NCBI GenBank assembly: GCA_902597675.1
Contig: CACJYR010000001.1
Location: 7,659 to 71,658 of the forward strand
DNA length: 64,000 nucleotides
DNA from: an uncultured Pelagibacteraceae bacterium
Lineage (GTDB): Bacteria; Pseudomonadota; Alphaproteobacteria; Pelagibacterales; Pelagibacteraceae
Direction of reading: 5' to 3'
Shown here: positions 39,737 through 49,673 of the stretch, in pieces
How the letters are laid out: each line of letters begins with the position of its first letter
How positions within the stretch are numbered: position 1 is the stretch's first letter
The notes under the pieces: generated by a model
Seen by the model: the letters and a program-made list of their open reading frames with translations, nothing else
Database searches by the model: none
Told to the model about the DNA's origin: nothing
Made by a program: the position numbers and the translations under genes

Positions 39737-41137
39737 ATGACTGATCAGTTAGGTGCTCTTACTACTATATTTACAGAATTTTACTACTGGATAACAGTAG
39801 TGCTGATGTTTTTAATTCACGTCGGTTTCTGTATGTATGAAGTTGGAGCTTCTCGATACAAACACCATCAACATACTCTTATGAAAAACACGATGCTGAT
39901 ACCTCTCGTAACAGTAACTTGGTTTTTATTTGGTTGGTGGATTTACTGGGCTTTCCCAACAGGACCTGGGATAGCACCTTCAATAATGAACGAAAGTACA
40001 GCTTTAATCACTGATGATAGTTTGTTTAGTGCAAAATTTCAGGTGGCAACAAGTAGTATAATGGCAATTAACCTTGGAGATCACATCAATGGTGTTTTCT
40101 GGGCTGCTTTTTTATTATTTTCTTGGACTGCTGCATCTATCGTTTCAGGAGCGATTATTGAAAGAATAACAACTTTTGCTTTTGGTATTTTAGCAATAGC
40201 AATTGGTTCGGTTTTCTGGACAATCGATGCTGCTTGGGGATGGCATTTTGATGGTTGGATGCTTAAAATTTTAGGATACCACGATGCATATGCATCAGGA
40301 GTAATTCATGCGATTGCAGGTGGATTTGCTCTTGGAGTTCTAATGGTTTTAGGGCCTAGAATTGGAAAATTCTCATCAAGTGGTGAACCAAGAAATATAG
40401 GGCCAAGAAATCCTTGGCTAGTAACAATTGGATTATTTCTGATTTATACTGGTTTCTGGGGATTCTATGCGGCATGTAATATACCGATATTTGATCTTGG
40501 ACCTGAGTATGGTATGGAAGGTATTTCATATTGGACAGCAACAAACATATATGTAACTCCGACTACACTGAGTGGTATTACTTTTAACTTTCTGATGTCA
40601 TTATCAGGAGGCTTATTAGCTGGATACTGGATTGCTAAAGGTGATCCTTTCTGGACGTACTCTAGTGGACTAGCGGGTATCATCTGTGCTTCAGCTGGAA
40701 ATGATTTATATCATCCAATACAATCAATGATCATAGGTATGATCGGTGTTGTTATTTCATACAAACTACATTATTGGGTTGAGCGTAAGTTCAAAATTGA
40801 TGATGCAGTAGGTGCAGTAGCAGTTCATGGTTATGCAGGATTTATCGGTTTAGTTATATGTGGTTTTGTTCTAAATGGTTATCCATCATCTGGTTATAGT
40901 GTTGGAGCTATGTGGGACGGAACAACTTATGCTTCAATAAATCCTCTAGGAATGTTCTTAGGAGCAATAATAATGTTTTTTGTTCTTGGACTAATTCCAG
41001 GATTCATCATAGCTAAAGTTTTACACGGAATGGGTAAACTTAGAATTCCGCGTGAAGTTGAAATAGCTGGACTTGACTATGAAATAATGGAGACTGCTAA
41101 GTCAGATGAAAAAGCAGTCGCGACCGCAACCAGGTAA
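39737..41137 (+). CDS. amt: Amt-family ammonium/methylammonium channel
   Basis: SGAIIER, DAYASGVIH, GPRIGKF, IDDAVGAVAVHG; GGAGAG Shine-Dalgarno. Confidence 0.92.
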   Translation: MTDQLGALTTIFTEFYYWITVVLMFLIHVGFCMYEVGASRYKHHQHTLMKNTMLIPLVTVTWFLFGWWIYWAFPTGPGIAPSIMNESTALITDDSLFSAKFQVATSSIMAINLGDHINGVFWAAFLLFSWTAASIVSGAIIERITTFAFGILAIAIGSVFWTIDAAWGWHFDGWMLKILGYHDAYASGVIHAIAGGFALGVLMVLGPRIGKFSSSGEPRNIGPRNPWLVTIGLFLIYTGFWGFYAACNIPIFDLGPEYGMEGISYWTATNIYVTPTTLSGITFNFLMSLSGGLLAGYWIAKGDPFWTYSSGLAGIICASAGNDLYHPIQSMIIGMIGVVISYKLHYWVERKFKIDDAVGAVAVHGYAGFIGLVICGFVLNGYPSSGYSVGAMWDGTTYASINPLGMFLGAIIMFFVLGLIPGFIIAKVLHGMGKLRIPREVEIAGLDYEIMETAKSDEKAVATATR

Positions 41138-41148
41138 AGGAGGAAAAT

Positions 41149-41379
41149 ATGGCAACAGTTACAAACTGGATTGATCACCTAAATAAACCTGCAGATCAAG
41201 TTGCAGGTGCTGTTTATCCTGGTGCTGGATCTAGTGAAGGCTTATTGGTAATACTTGCTATTATCGTGTGGATAGGTTGGCACGTCTTAACTTCAAAATC
41301 TGAAAGTGAGGAACTGGAAAGATTGGCGAGAAAAAGACATGGTGCAAACGACCACAAAAGCAATATTACTGATTGGTAA
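41149..41379 (+). CDS. Small single-pass membrane protein downstream of amt
   Basis: AGGAGG Shine-Dalgarno, one TM helix, followed by a terminator. Confidence 0.8.
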   Translation: MATVTNWIDHLNKPADQVAGAVYPGAGSSEGLLVILAIIVWIGWHVLTSKSESEELERLARKRHGANDHKSNITDW

Positions 41380-41394
41380 TATAAAGTAAAATTT

Positions 41395-41425
41395 GGGCGC
41401 TACATTTCTTTGTAGCGCCCTTTTT
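41395..41425 (+). terminator. Intrinsic terminator of the amt operon
   Basis: GGGCGCTACA-TTTCTT-TGTAGCGCCC-TTTTT. Confidence 0.9.
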
Positions 41426-41440
41426 AATCTAAAAATCATA

Positions 41441-41596
41441 ATGTCTGACGAGAATAATAATGAAGAACTGAGACCAAGGAAGATGCGTGGCGTAGCTTTC
41501 CCAAAAGCTAAATACGGAGTTATACTTGCGGTCATAATAATTATAGTTGTAAATCTGGTTTATTATAAAGAAACAATTTTTTCTTTTTTTAAATAA
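41441..41596 (+). CDS. 51-aa membrane protein
   Basis: Start moved to ATG 41441 because the listed TTG start overlaps the terminator; one TM helix. Confidence 0.55.
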   Translation: MSDENNNEELRPRKMRGVAFPKAKYGVILAVIIIIVVNLVYYKETIFSFFK

Positions 41597-41613
41597 CTAT
41601 GTTACCCTAATCT

Positions 41614-42939
41614 ATGGCAAAAAATTTGTTCAAAATCGCTAAACAAAAAAAGATAAAATATTTTTTAATCAGTTTTGTAGATCTATTTGGAGTTTTAAGA
41701 TCAAAATTAGTTCCAGCTAATGCAATAAAAGAAATGCAAACAGCGGGTGCAGGTTTTGCTGGTTTTGCTGCATGGCTTGACATGACACCAGCAGACTCTG
41801 ATATGTTTGGTATCCCTGACCCAGATAGTTTAATTCAATTACCATGGAATAAGGAAGTTGGTTGGTTAGCATCAGATCTTTGGATGAATGGGAAACCTGT
41901 TGAGGCTTCACCTAGAGTAATGCTCAAGAAACAAATTAAAGAACTTGCAAAACGTGGTTTAACGATGAAATCTGGTGTGGAGTGTGAATATTTTTTAATT
42001 TCAGAGGACGGAAAATCCATTGCAGATCCAAGAGATACGCAATCAAAACCTTGTTACGATCAATCTGCGTTAATGAGAAGATATGAGCTTATCAAAGAAA
42101 TTTGCGATTGCATGATAGAAATGGGATGGGGTCCTTATCAAAACGATCATGAGGATGCTAATGGTCAATTTGAAATGAATTGGGATTATTCAGATTGTTT
42201 AACAACAGCTGATAGACATACTTTCTTTAAGTATATGGTAAAAACAATTGCTGAAAAACATGGACTGAGAGCAACATTTATGCCTAAACCTTTTCAAAAT
42301 TTAACTGGCAATGGTTGTCATGCACATATTTCTGTTTGGCAGGGTAAGAAAAATAAATTTTTAGATCCAAAAGATAAACTTGGTTTAAGTAAAATGGCAT
42401 ATAATTTTTTAGGAGGAGTGATCAAGAATGCCTCTTCGTTATCTGCTTTCTTTAATCCAACAATCAATAGCTATAGAAGAATAAATGCCCCACCAACAAA
42501 ATCAGGGGCGTCATGGTCTCCAAGTAGTATTTCTTACACGGGAAATAACAGAACTCACATGATAAGAATTCCTGATCCTGGTAGGTTTGAATTGAGATTA
42601 ATGGATGGGTCTGCAAATCCATATTTATTACAAGCTGGTGTTTTAGCTGCCGGATTACATGGTTTAAAAAATAAGATTAATCCAGGAAAACCTTTGCATT
42701 GTAATATGTATACGGACTATAAAAAATATCCTAACCTTCCAAAACTTCCAAATGAATTGAAGCAATCACTAGCACAATTAAAAAATAATAAGGAAATGAA
42801 TAAAAGTTTTGGCAAAGATACGATTAACAGCTTTGTTAAGCTAAGAAGTTCGGAGATTAAAGAATTTAACAGGAAAGAAAAATTTAATAAGTCAAAGCCC
42901 GTCACTAAATGGGAAAGTCAAAATACTTTAGATTGCTAA
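41614..42939 (+). CDS. gmaS: Gamma-glutamylmethylamide synthetase (type III GS-like, GlnT)
   Basis: GAGFAGFA, KPCYDQ, YQNDHEDANGQFEMN, TFMPKPF..LTGNGCH, GNNRTHMIR; context with mgsABC. Confidence 0.88.
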   Translation: MAKNLFKIAKQKKIKYFLISFVDLFGVLRSKLVPANAIKEMQTAGAGFAGFAAWLDMTPADSDMFGIPDPDSLIQLPWNKEVGWLASDLWMNGKPVEASPRVMLKKQIKELAKRGLTMKSGVECEYFLISEDGKSIADPRDTQSKPCYDQSALMRRYELIKEICDCMIEMGWGPYQNDHEDANGQFEMNWDYSDCLTTADRHTFFKYMVKTIAEKHGLRATFMPKPFQNLTGNGCHAHISVWQGKKNKFLDPKDKLGLSKMAYNFLGGVIKNASSLSAFFNPTINSYRRINAPPTKSGASWSPSSISYTGNNRTHMIRIPDPGRFELRLMDGSANPYLLQAGVLAAGLHGLKNKINPGKPLHCNMYTDYKKYPNLPKLPNELKQSLAQLKNNKEMNKSFGKDTINSFVKLRSSEIKEFNRKEKFNKSKPVTKWESQNTLDC

Positions 42940-42940
42940 A

Positions 42941-44053
42941 GTGAATTGGAAGCTAACGAAATTTTTAATCAACGACAATTTTAAATTCAAAAGAAATTAT
43001 GTCCTTAAATATTTACCTTCAACTATGCTTTCCAATGCTTTTAATTCAATTTCTAGCTGGAGAAGCTATAGAGCCACTCCCCTTTTAAGACTCAATAAAC
43101 TTCAAAAAAATTTAAAACTCAATAATATTTTTTACAAAGATGAGTCTAAAAGGTTTCATTTAAAGTCTTTCAAAGCCCTTGGTGGCGCTTATGCAGTAGA
43201 AAAAATATCTAAAGGAAAAAAAAATATTACAATTTCCTCTGCAACTGCAGGTAATCATGGTAGATCGGTTGCGTGGGGAGCGCAAAGATTAAAATTAAAA
43301 TGTAAAATATTTGTAAGCCAATATGTGAGTGAAACAAGAGTAAGTGAAATTAAAAAATTTGGTGCTGAAGTTATAAGAGTTAAGGGAGATTATGAAAACT
43401 CCCTAAAAGAATGTCAAAAACAATCAAAAAAAAATAATTGGAAAATTGTGCAGGATGTATCAACAATAAATTATAAGTATGTTCCTCAACTTACAATGGC
43501 GGGATATTCAATCATGATTAAAGAAATCTCCAAACAAACTAATCAGTATATAACTCATATATTTTTACAAGCAGGTGTTGGCGGTTTAGCTGCAGGTGTA
43601 GTAGCTGGTATTGCAAAATATTTTAAAAGAATACCTAAAATTATAATCGTCGAACCTGATCAAGCTGATTGTGTGCTTCAAAGTATTAAAAGCAATAGAC
43701 TTAAAAAGATTAGAATTAAAAAAGAGAGCATTATGGGTGGAATGTCGTGTAATGAGATGTCTTTGGTACCATGGCAAATATTAAAAAGAGCCAGCGATTG
43801 TTGTGTATCGATCTCAGATAAAAATATTGCAAAAACTATAGCTGGCCTAAAAGATAAAAAGTTTAGCAAGATTTCTATTACAGGTGGTGAATGCGCAGCT
43901 CCAGGCGTTATTGCTTTGATCGGAATATGTAATAATATTAGAGCTAAAAAATTCCTTAATCTTAATGAAAGCTCAAATATTCTAGTCATAGGATGCGAAG
44001 GAAATGCAGATGTAAAACTTTACAAACAACTGCTATCTAAAGGTAGAAAATAG
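42941..44053 (+). CDS. Diaminopropionate ammonia-lyase family PLP enzyme
   Basis: KDESKRF.LKSFKALGG, ATAGNHGRSVAWGA, THIFLQAGVGGLA. Confidence 0.85.
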   Translation: MNWKLTKFLINDNFKFKRNYVLKYLPSTMLSNAFNSISSWRSYRATPLLRLNKLQKNLKLNNIFYKDESKRFHLKSFKALGGAYAVEKISKGKKNITISSATAGNHGRSVAWGAQRLKLKCKIFVSQYVSETRVSEIKKFGAEVIRVKGDYENSLKECQKQSKKNNWKIVQDVSTINYKYVPQLTMAGYSIMIKEISKQTNQYITHIFLQAGVGGLAAGVVAGIAKYFKRIPKIIIVEPDQADCVLQSIKSNRLKKIRIKKESIMGGMSCNEMSLVPWQILKRASDCCVSISDKNIAKTIAGLKDKKFSKISITGGECAAPGVIALIGICNNIRAKKFLNLNESSNILVIGCEGNADVKLYKQLLSKGRK

Positions 44054-44060
44054 AATTTCT

Positions 44061-45482
44061 ATGACAAAAAACGCCATTACATGGATCAGAGAAGATTTTA
44101 GAATTGAGCATAACCCTGCTCTTGCTTATGCTACGCAAAATCACGAAAATGTAGCTGCCCTATATATCTACAACAAAGCTGACTTTGATAATAAAAGAGA
44201 AGCACAAAAATGGTGGCTTTCAAAATCTTTGGAAGTATTCCAGTCAGAACTATTGAAATATAAAATCAATCTTCAGATATTAGAAGGTGATGAATTAGAG
44301 GTTTTTTCTAAAATAAAAAAAAAAGACAATGTTTCAATATATTGGAATAAAATTTATGAGCCTGATGTAATTGCTAAAGGAAAAAAAATCAGAGATGTTT
44401 TTATTAAAAATGAAATCGAATTTAAGTATTTTAAAGGAAATATATTAAATGAATTTCAAGAAGTAACTAAAAATGATGGAACCCCTTTTAAAGTATTTAC
44501 CCCTTTTTGGAGAAATGCTGAGCAAAAATTTTTAGGCTTGCCTCCAAGTAAAAATTACGTTGTTAAGAAAAAAACAAAAACGTTCTCCTTGTTTAAAAAT
44601 TCTATTGAACCAAAAAAAATTCTGCCAAAAAAAAACTGGTATAAAAAATTTGAAAGTTATTGGAATGTATCTGAAAACGACTCGAAGAAGATTTTAAATA
44701 ACTTAATTACAAATAAAATAAAAGATTACGGAACTGCAAGAGACTATCCATCCATTGAAGGAACCTCAAAATTATCACCCTACATAAAACATGGACAAAT
44801 TCATGTAAATACAATTTGGAATAAGTGTAAAGAGATGAAATCTAAAGGGATTGGATATAGAAAATATATTAATGAATTAGGATGGAGAGAATTCTCACAT
44901 AGCTTAATAAATTATTTCCCAGAGTTTCTAAAAGGTAATTACAGAAAAGAATTTGATAAGTTTCCTTGGGTAAAAAATGAAAAATTTTTGAAAGCGTGGA
45001 AGTTAGGTATGACAGGTTATCCAATAGTTGATGCTGGAATGAGAGAACTTTATGAAACTGGATGGATGCATAATAGAATAAGAATGGTGGTTGGATCTTT
45101 TTTAGTTAAACATTTGAGAATTAATTGGACTGAGGGAGAAAAACATTTTCGAAACTGCTTACTTGATTTTAACAAAGCTAATAATGTTGCACAATGGCAA
45201 TGGGTAGCAGGTTGTGGAGCTGATGCAGCACCATATTTCAGAATATTTAATCCAATTCTTCAAGGAGAAAAATTTGATAAAGAAGGAAAATATGTAAAAA
45301 AATGGATACCTGAATTAAGTAAAGTCCCACAAAAATTTATTCACAAACCTTGGGAAATGGAAACGAAATATCAAGAAGCAATAAACACTATCATTGGGAA
45401 AAATTATCCGAAACCAATTGTCATCCACGAAGAAGCAAGAGCTGCCGCTCTTAAAGCTTTTCAAAGCTTGAAAAAAAACTAG
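44061..45482 (+). CDS. phrB: Class I CPD DNA photolyase
   Basis: TSKLSPY, ELGWREF, TGYPIVDAGMREL, MHNRIRM, WQW, PYFRIFNP. Confidence 0.95.
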   Translation: MTKNAITWIREDFRIEHNPALAYATQNHENVAALYIYNKADFDNKREAQKWWLSKSLEVFQSELLKYKINLQILEGDELEVFSKIKKKDNVSIYWNKIYEPDVIAKGKKIRDVFIKNEIEFKYFKGNILNEFQEVTKNDGTPFKVFTPFWRNAEQKFLGLPPSKNYVVKKKTKTFSLFKNSIEPKKILPKKNWYKKFESYWNVSENDSKKILNNLITNKIKDYGTARDYPSIEGTSKLSPYIKHGQIHVNTIWNKCKEMKSKGIGYRKYINELGWREFSHSLINYFPEFLKGNYRKEFDKFPWVKNEKFLKAWKLGMTGYPIVDAGMRELYETGWMHNRIRMVVGSFLVKHLRINWTEGEKHFRNCLLDFNKANNVAQWQWVAGCGADAAPYFRIFNPILQGEKFDKEGKYVKKWIPELSKVPQKFIHKPWEMETKYQEAINTIIGKNYPKPIVIHEEARAAALKAFQSLKKN

Positions 45483-47584
45483 AAACCACTTTCTCTGACA
45501 AAAAGTGAAAATACATTTTTAAATAATTTTATAAACGGACTATATCTATTACCATCAATATGCACATAACCTGGTACTTCCCATTCGATTAAATCATTTT
45601 TATCAATTGTAGAAAAAGTAACCTGATAATGAGCAGTCATTGGTCTATTTTCATATTCTGCATTTGTAGAATTTCTTGTAGCTATGGGTCCATCAAATTG
45701 TGAAGATAAAGATAAATATGGAAGAATAGAAATTGCAGATCTATCTATATTCTTGGAAATTAATTTTACTCTTGAATGTTCTCCGTTAGATGGGATGAAA
45801 ATTGCGTATTCGTTAATTTTAAATCGATCAATTTCTCCTTCAGTTAAATACCCTATAACTGAACCAGGTCCATATTTACTTACGCCTCCAAGGGAATCTA
45901 AATTACTGACCCATTGATTTACAGATAAGTTAGAAAAATCTTTTATTTTTCCATTAACAGGAGATTTAAGTAATAATTTAGATCTTGTTTTACTCAAACC
46001 ATCTAATTCATTTTGAAGAAATATTAGTTGTTGTTGAAGTATCATATATTCACTGAGGTTGTTAGCTAGCTTGCTCAGTCTATTGATTTTAGTTTTGGTA
46101 AGTTTTATTTTTCTTCTTACTTTATTAATTTCTAAATCCAAATCAGGTGATGATAATTCAATTAACTTCTGACCTTTTTTAACCTCTTGGTTCTTTGATA
46201 CAAAAATTTCTTTTACTTTAGCAGGATATGGAGAATAAATTTTTGTATATTGTTCAGAAACATATACTGCAGGAATTTTAATCGATGATTTCCATGGAAA
46301 AAACAAGATCACCAGTAAAACAAATAAAATTGAAAAAAGTCTTTTGGTTTTATAATTTAATTTAATTTCTGATTTAAGATTGTACCAGTTTTTAGTTTCA
46401 GTAATGATAGGTCTTAAAATGAACCAATAAATCTCAATTACAAATAAAATAATACCTAAAGTTTTAAATGCTAAATGATAAACTAACAACGCGATCCCTA
46501 AAAATATAAAAAAACGATAAACCCAAGTTAACCATGCGTAAGAAATAAAAGTCCATCGTCTTGAAGGATTTAAATCTTCAGGTGGTGGATGATTAAAACC
46601 AAATAAAATTTCTCTTAATTGCCATCGTGCAAGAGCAAATGATCTAGGCTGTAAGTTCTCGGCTTTTAACCAATCAGAAAAAACATAATAGCCATCAAAT
46701 CTCATAAAAGGGCTAACATTGATTGCTAATGATGAAATCCAGCTGGTGGTAGCGATAAAAAAAGCAACACTTTTTAAACCACCATCTGGAAGGATAGCCC
46801 ATAAAAAAGTTGAGATTAATGCAAGATGAAGTTCAGTTAAAATACCTGCAAAATTAATTAACAATCTATCTTTATGATCTCTTAGTCTCCAGGCATCAGA
46901 AGTATCCGTATATAAAAATGGAAAAAAAACTAGAAAAGCTATCCCGATCGAAGACACTCGACAACCAAAGTATTTTGAGACAAATGCATGACCCAGTTCA
47001 TGTAAAGATTTTACAAAAACCAATGTTACTAAATAAAGCATAAGTCCTTTGAAAGAAAAAAAATATAAAAATGTATTTTTAAAACTTTCAATTTGTTGAA
47101 TTACCAGACAAATCCCTATGAAACCTAATATGTAAATTAAATTTCTAACTTTTTTTGATCCAAGTATTTTTGCATATCGTAGTGTCCTACCAAGCCATTC
47201 ATCAGGTTTTACTAAAGGTATTTTAAAAAAAAGATAACCATGAATTAAAAATAGTAACCAATTTTTTTTTTGAGCATTTTTTTGTTTCAGCAGAATATTA
47301 TCAAATTGACCTCGAGGCTGAATAATTAGATTATTTAATTGTAAGAAATCAATAAATTTTTTTATTTCATCACTATCTGCCTCAATACCATCACGATTAA
47401 TTTTTTTTTCAAAAACTTTAATATCTTCCCCACCACTCCAGTTTTTGATTAATTTAAAAGCTGTCAGTCCAAGAGTAAAATATTTGTTTCTTAAAGCATC
47501 ATACAATAACCAAGCAGGAGAGCCATCTTCCCTACTGTTTCCTCTGAGTATTTCTAAATCTTCTCTTAAATATGGAATGATCAT
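45479..47584 (-). CDS. Site-2 (M50) protease fused to a C-terminal membrane-fusion-protein-like domain
   Basis: HELGH (46988-47002) and NVSPFMRFDG (46691-46720); multiple TMs; C-terminal lipoyl-like SPYPAKVKEIFV...VKKGQKL, coiled coil, SPVNG. Confidence 0.88.
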   Translation of the reverse strand: MIIPYLREDLEILRGNSREDGSPAWLLYDALRNKYFTLGLTAFKLIKNWSGGEDIKVFEKKINRDGIEADSDEIKKFIDFLQLNNLIIQPRGQFDNILLKQKNAQKKNWLLFLIHGYLFFKIPLVKPDEWLGRTLRYAKILGSKKVRNLIYILGFIGICLVIQQIESFKNTFLYFFSFKGLMLYLVTLVFVKSLHELGHAFVSKYFGCRVSSIGIAFLVFFPFLYTDTSDAWRLRDHKDRLLINFAGILTELHLALISTFLWAILPDGGLKSVAFFIATTSWISSLAINVSPFMRFDGYYVFSDWLKAENLQPRSFALARWQLREILFGFNHPPPEDLNPSRRWTFISYAWLTWVYRFFIFLGIALLVYHLAFKTLGIILFVIEIYWFILRPIITETKNWYNLKSEIKLNYKTKRLFSILFVLLVILFFPWKSSIKIPAVYVSEQYTKIYSPYPAKVKEIFVSKNQEVKKGQKLIELSSPDLDLEINKVRRKIKLTKTKINRLSKLANNLSEYMILQQQLIFLQNELDGLSKTRSKLLLKSPVNGKIKDFSNLSVNQWVSNLDSLGGVSKYGPGSVIGYLTEGEIDRFKINEYAIFIPSNGEHSRVKLISKNIDRSAISILPYLSLSSQFDGPIATRNSTNAEYENRPMTAHYQVTFSTIDKNDLIEWEVPGYVHIDGNRYSPFIKLFKNVFSLFVRESGF

Positions 47585-48918
47585 ATGCCGATTAATTGTC
47601 GAATAAATGTAATGGGTTTTCTAAATAAATAATAAAATAAAATAGTTCTGTTTCCGTAAACCTTAGCTGTTCCTCGTAAACCTATTCGTGGGGTATCCTT
47701 ATTACCCTCAAAACTTGATATTAATTTATAGGAAAGAACCTCTTCGGGTGAGAGTTCTGGCTCATAAGTAGATCGTAAAATCTTACCTTTATAAGAACTC
47801 ATAGGATTTATATCTAAAAAAATATTGGTATCAGCATTTTCATTGATAACGATTGAGTCTTTTACTGGTAGCCATATGAGAAATTCAATTTTCGAGGGAT
47901 CTGCAATAGTTAATATTTTTTCACCCACTGATACGGGCTTACCTTGCCAATCAGATTTTCTATCCACAATAACTACCCCTTTTTTTTCAGCATATATTTT
48001 TGAATTTTTTAGTTTTCTCTCTGCAGAACTTAACTCTACTCTTCTTAAATCAACTTGTGCCATAAGTTCTGCCAATCTTGATTTTTGTTCATTATCGGTA
48101 AAAGACGATTGTCTTGTTCTTAGAAGTTCTTTTTCAGAAACTTGCAGTGATTGTTTTGCAAGATTAAATTCATTTAATAAATCAATATCCTCTAATAAAA
48201 CCAATAACTCACCGGGTTTTGTTTGATCATTGTTATTGGCAATAATTTTTTTAACTACTCCATCAAATGGCGATGTAATTAAAAAAGGATTTTTTGCTAC
48301 CACCTCAACTGGAGCAGTACTAGTCATTCGAACTGGAAAAAGAAATATTAATATAATTATCGAAATTGTAATCCAACGTTTTTTTCCAGTAAAATTTTTT
48401 TTGAAAAAATCTCTAATTGAATAATTAGTTAAAAATGTATTGTAAGCATGACCATAAGTTCTTGATAAATGTGATATTAATTCATTTTCATTCTCAGAAA
48501 AAATTTCATTTCGAGCTAATAAAAGAAATCCTTGCAGACCTCTTTGAGGTGAAAAAATTGGTATACGCAGTAAATATTGAGGAATATTTTTTGGTTTTTG
48601 TTTTTTAATTTTTTTTGAAAATTTATCTAAATCAACTTGTTCTATCTCTTTAAGATTTTGATTTGATTTATGATTAACAATACTCTCAACGAAGGTAATT
48701 AATGGTGCAGTTCTATCAACTGAAGCAATATCCGACACTGCTTCTACATGATATTTATCTGTTGGACTTTTAAGTAATAAAAATGAGGTTGTGTAATCAA
48801 TTATTTCTCTAGTTTCATTTACAACAAGAAAACTTAATTCATCTTTACTTTTTGCCTCTCTAGTTTTTTTTTCTAGGCTTATTAATCTTGCAATTTTAAT
48901 ATTTTTATCTTGGCTCAA
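47581..48918 (-). CDS. HlyD-family adaptor with N-terminal GAF-like cytoplasmic domain
   Basis: N-terminal soluble domain ending ENELISHLSRTYGHA, TM helix, SPFDGVVKKI...GELL lipoyl halves flanking a coiled coil. Confidence 0.82.
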   Translation of the reverse strand: MSQDKNIKIARLISLEKKTREAKSKDELSFLVVNETREIIDYTTSFLLLKSPTDKYHVEAVSDIASVDRTAPLITFVESIVNHKSNQNLKEIEQVDLDKFSKKIKKQKPKNIPQYLLRIPIFSPQRGLQGFLLLARNEIFSENENELISHLSRTYGHAYNTFLTNYSIRDFFKKNFTGKKRWITISIIILIFLFPVRMTSTAPVEVVAKNPFLITSPFDGVVKKIIANNNDQTKPGELLVLLEDIDLLNEFNLAKQSLQVSEKELLRTRQSSFTDNEQKSRLAELMAQVDLRRVELSSAERKLKNSKIYAEKKGVVIVDRKSDWQGKPVSVGEKILTIADPSKIEFLIWLPVKDSIVINENADTNIFLDINPMSSYKGKILRSTYEPELSPEEVLSYKLISSFEGNKDTPRIGLRGTAKVYGNRTILFYYLFRKPITFIRQLIGI

Positions 48919-49652
48919 AATTTAACAATCCCACTCATTCCTGGAATTAAACTCTCATATTTTTCATTAAACTGAGCTTTTAATTCAATTGTTTGACTGG
49001 CCGCATCAACTGCAGCACCTAAACTAATTATTTTCGCATTTAGCTCATCTCCTGTCTCATCAATAATGATTTTGACATCATGACCTTTTTTCAACCAACT
49101 CAACCATTTACTTGGCACAACAACTGCTGCTTCTAAAAGTCCATCACCGACAATATCCATTAATGGTTGTCGTTGTTCTATGCTGGTAAAAACATTGGTG
49201 TAAACATCCATTACTCTTCCATCATAGGGGGCAATAATATTGCATCTTTCAACATTAAGTTTAGCAATGGTTAATTCTGCTTCAGCTTTCTTAAGAGCTG
49301 ATTCTGATAATTGATATTGTAGCTCTCCAATTGACCTCATATCTAAAAGTTCTTTATCATTTTTGAGTTGAACTTGTGCACTTTTATGATCAGCTTTAAT
49401 TACTTCTAATTGTGCATTGTAAAGTTTGCAGTCAAAGCTAATTAAGGTGTCACCTTTTTTAAATGCATCTCCCATTAGAAAGTTTATTTTTTCAACCCTT
49501 GCTGCTATTTCGCTAGAAATTGAAACTTTTTCAGTAGCAGTGACTAAAGTTCTTGCTTCTCTAATTTCTTCCTCTGTAGTAGCGGTATCATGGTTATCTG
49601 CTTGAACGACATTGATGAATAAAAACAAAATTATAAAAATTAGTTTTTTCAT
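48915..49652 (-). CDS. Short periplasmic adaptor (MFP) subunit
   Basis: Signal peptide; GDAFKKGDTLISFDC, CNIIAPYDGRV, VDAASQT, LIPGMSG; start may be ATG 49651 region as listed. Confidence 0.85.
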   Translation of the reverse strand: MKKLIFIILFLFINVVQADNHDTATTEEEIREARTLVTATEKVSISSEIAARVEKINFLMGDAFKKGDTLISFDCKLYNAQLEVIKADHKSAQVQLKNDKELLDMRSIGELQYQLSESALKKAEAELTIAKLNVERCNIIAPYDGRVMDVYTNVFTSIEQRQPLMDIVGDGLLEAAVVVPSKWLSWLKKGHDVKIIIDETGDELNAKIISLGAAVDAASQTIELKAQFNEKYESLIPGMSGIVKF

Positions 49653-49673
49653 TATTAAAATATAGGATATTTC

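Noticed and set aside
41393-41440. Listed TTG start of the 67-aa ORF
   Set aside because: Overlaps the amt-operon terminator hairpin; ATG 41441 is more plausible.
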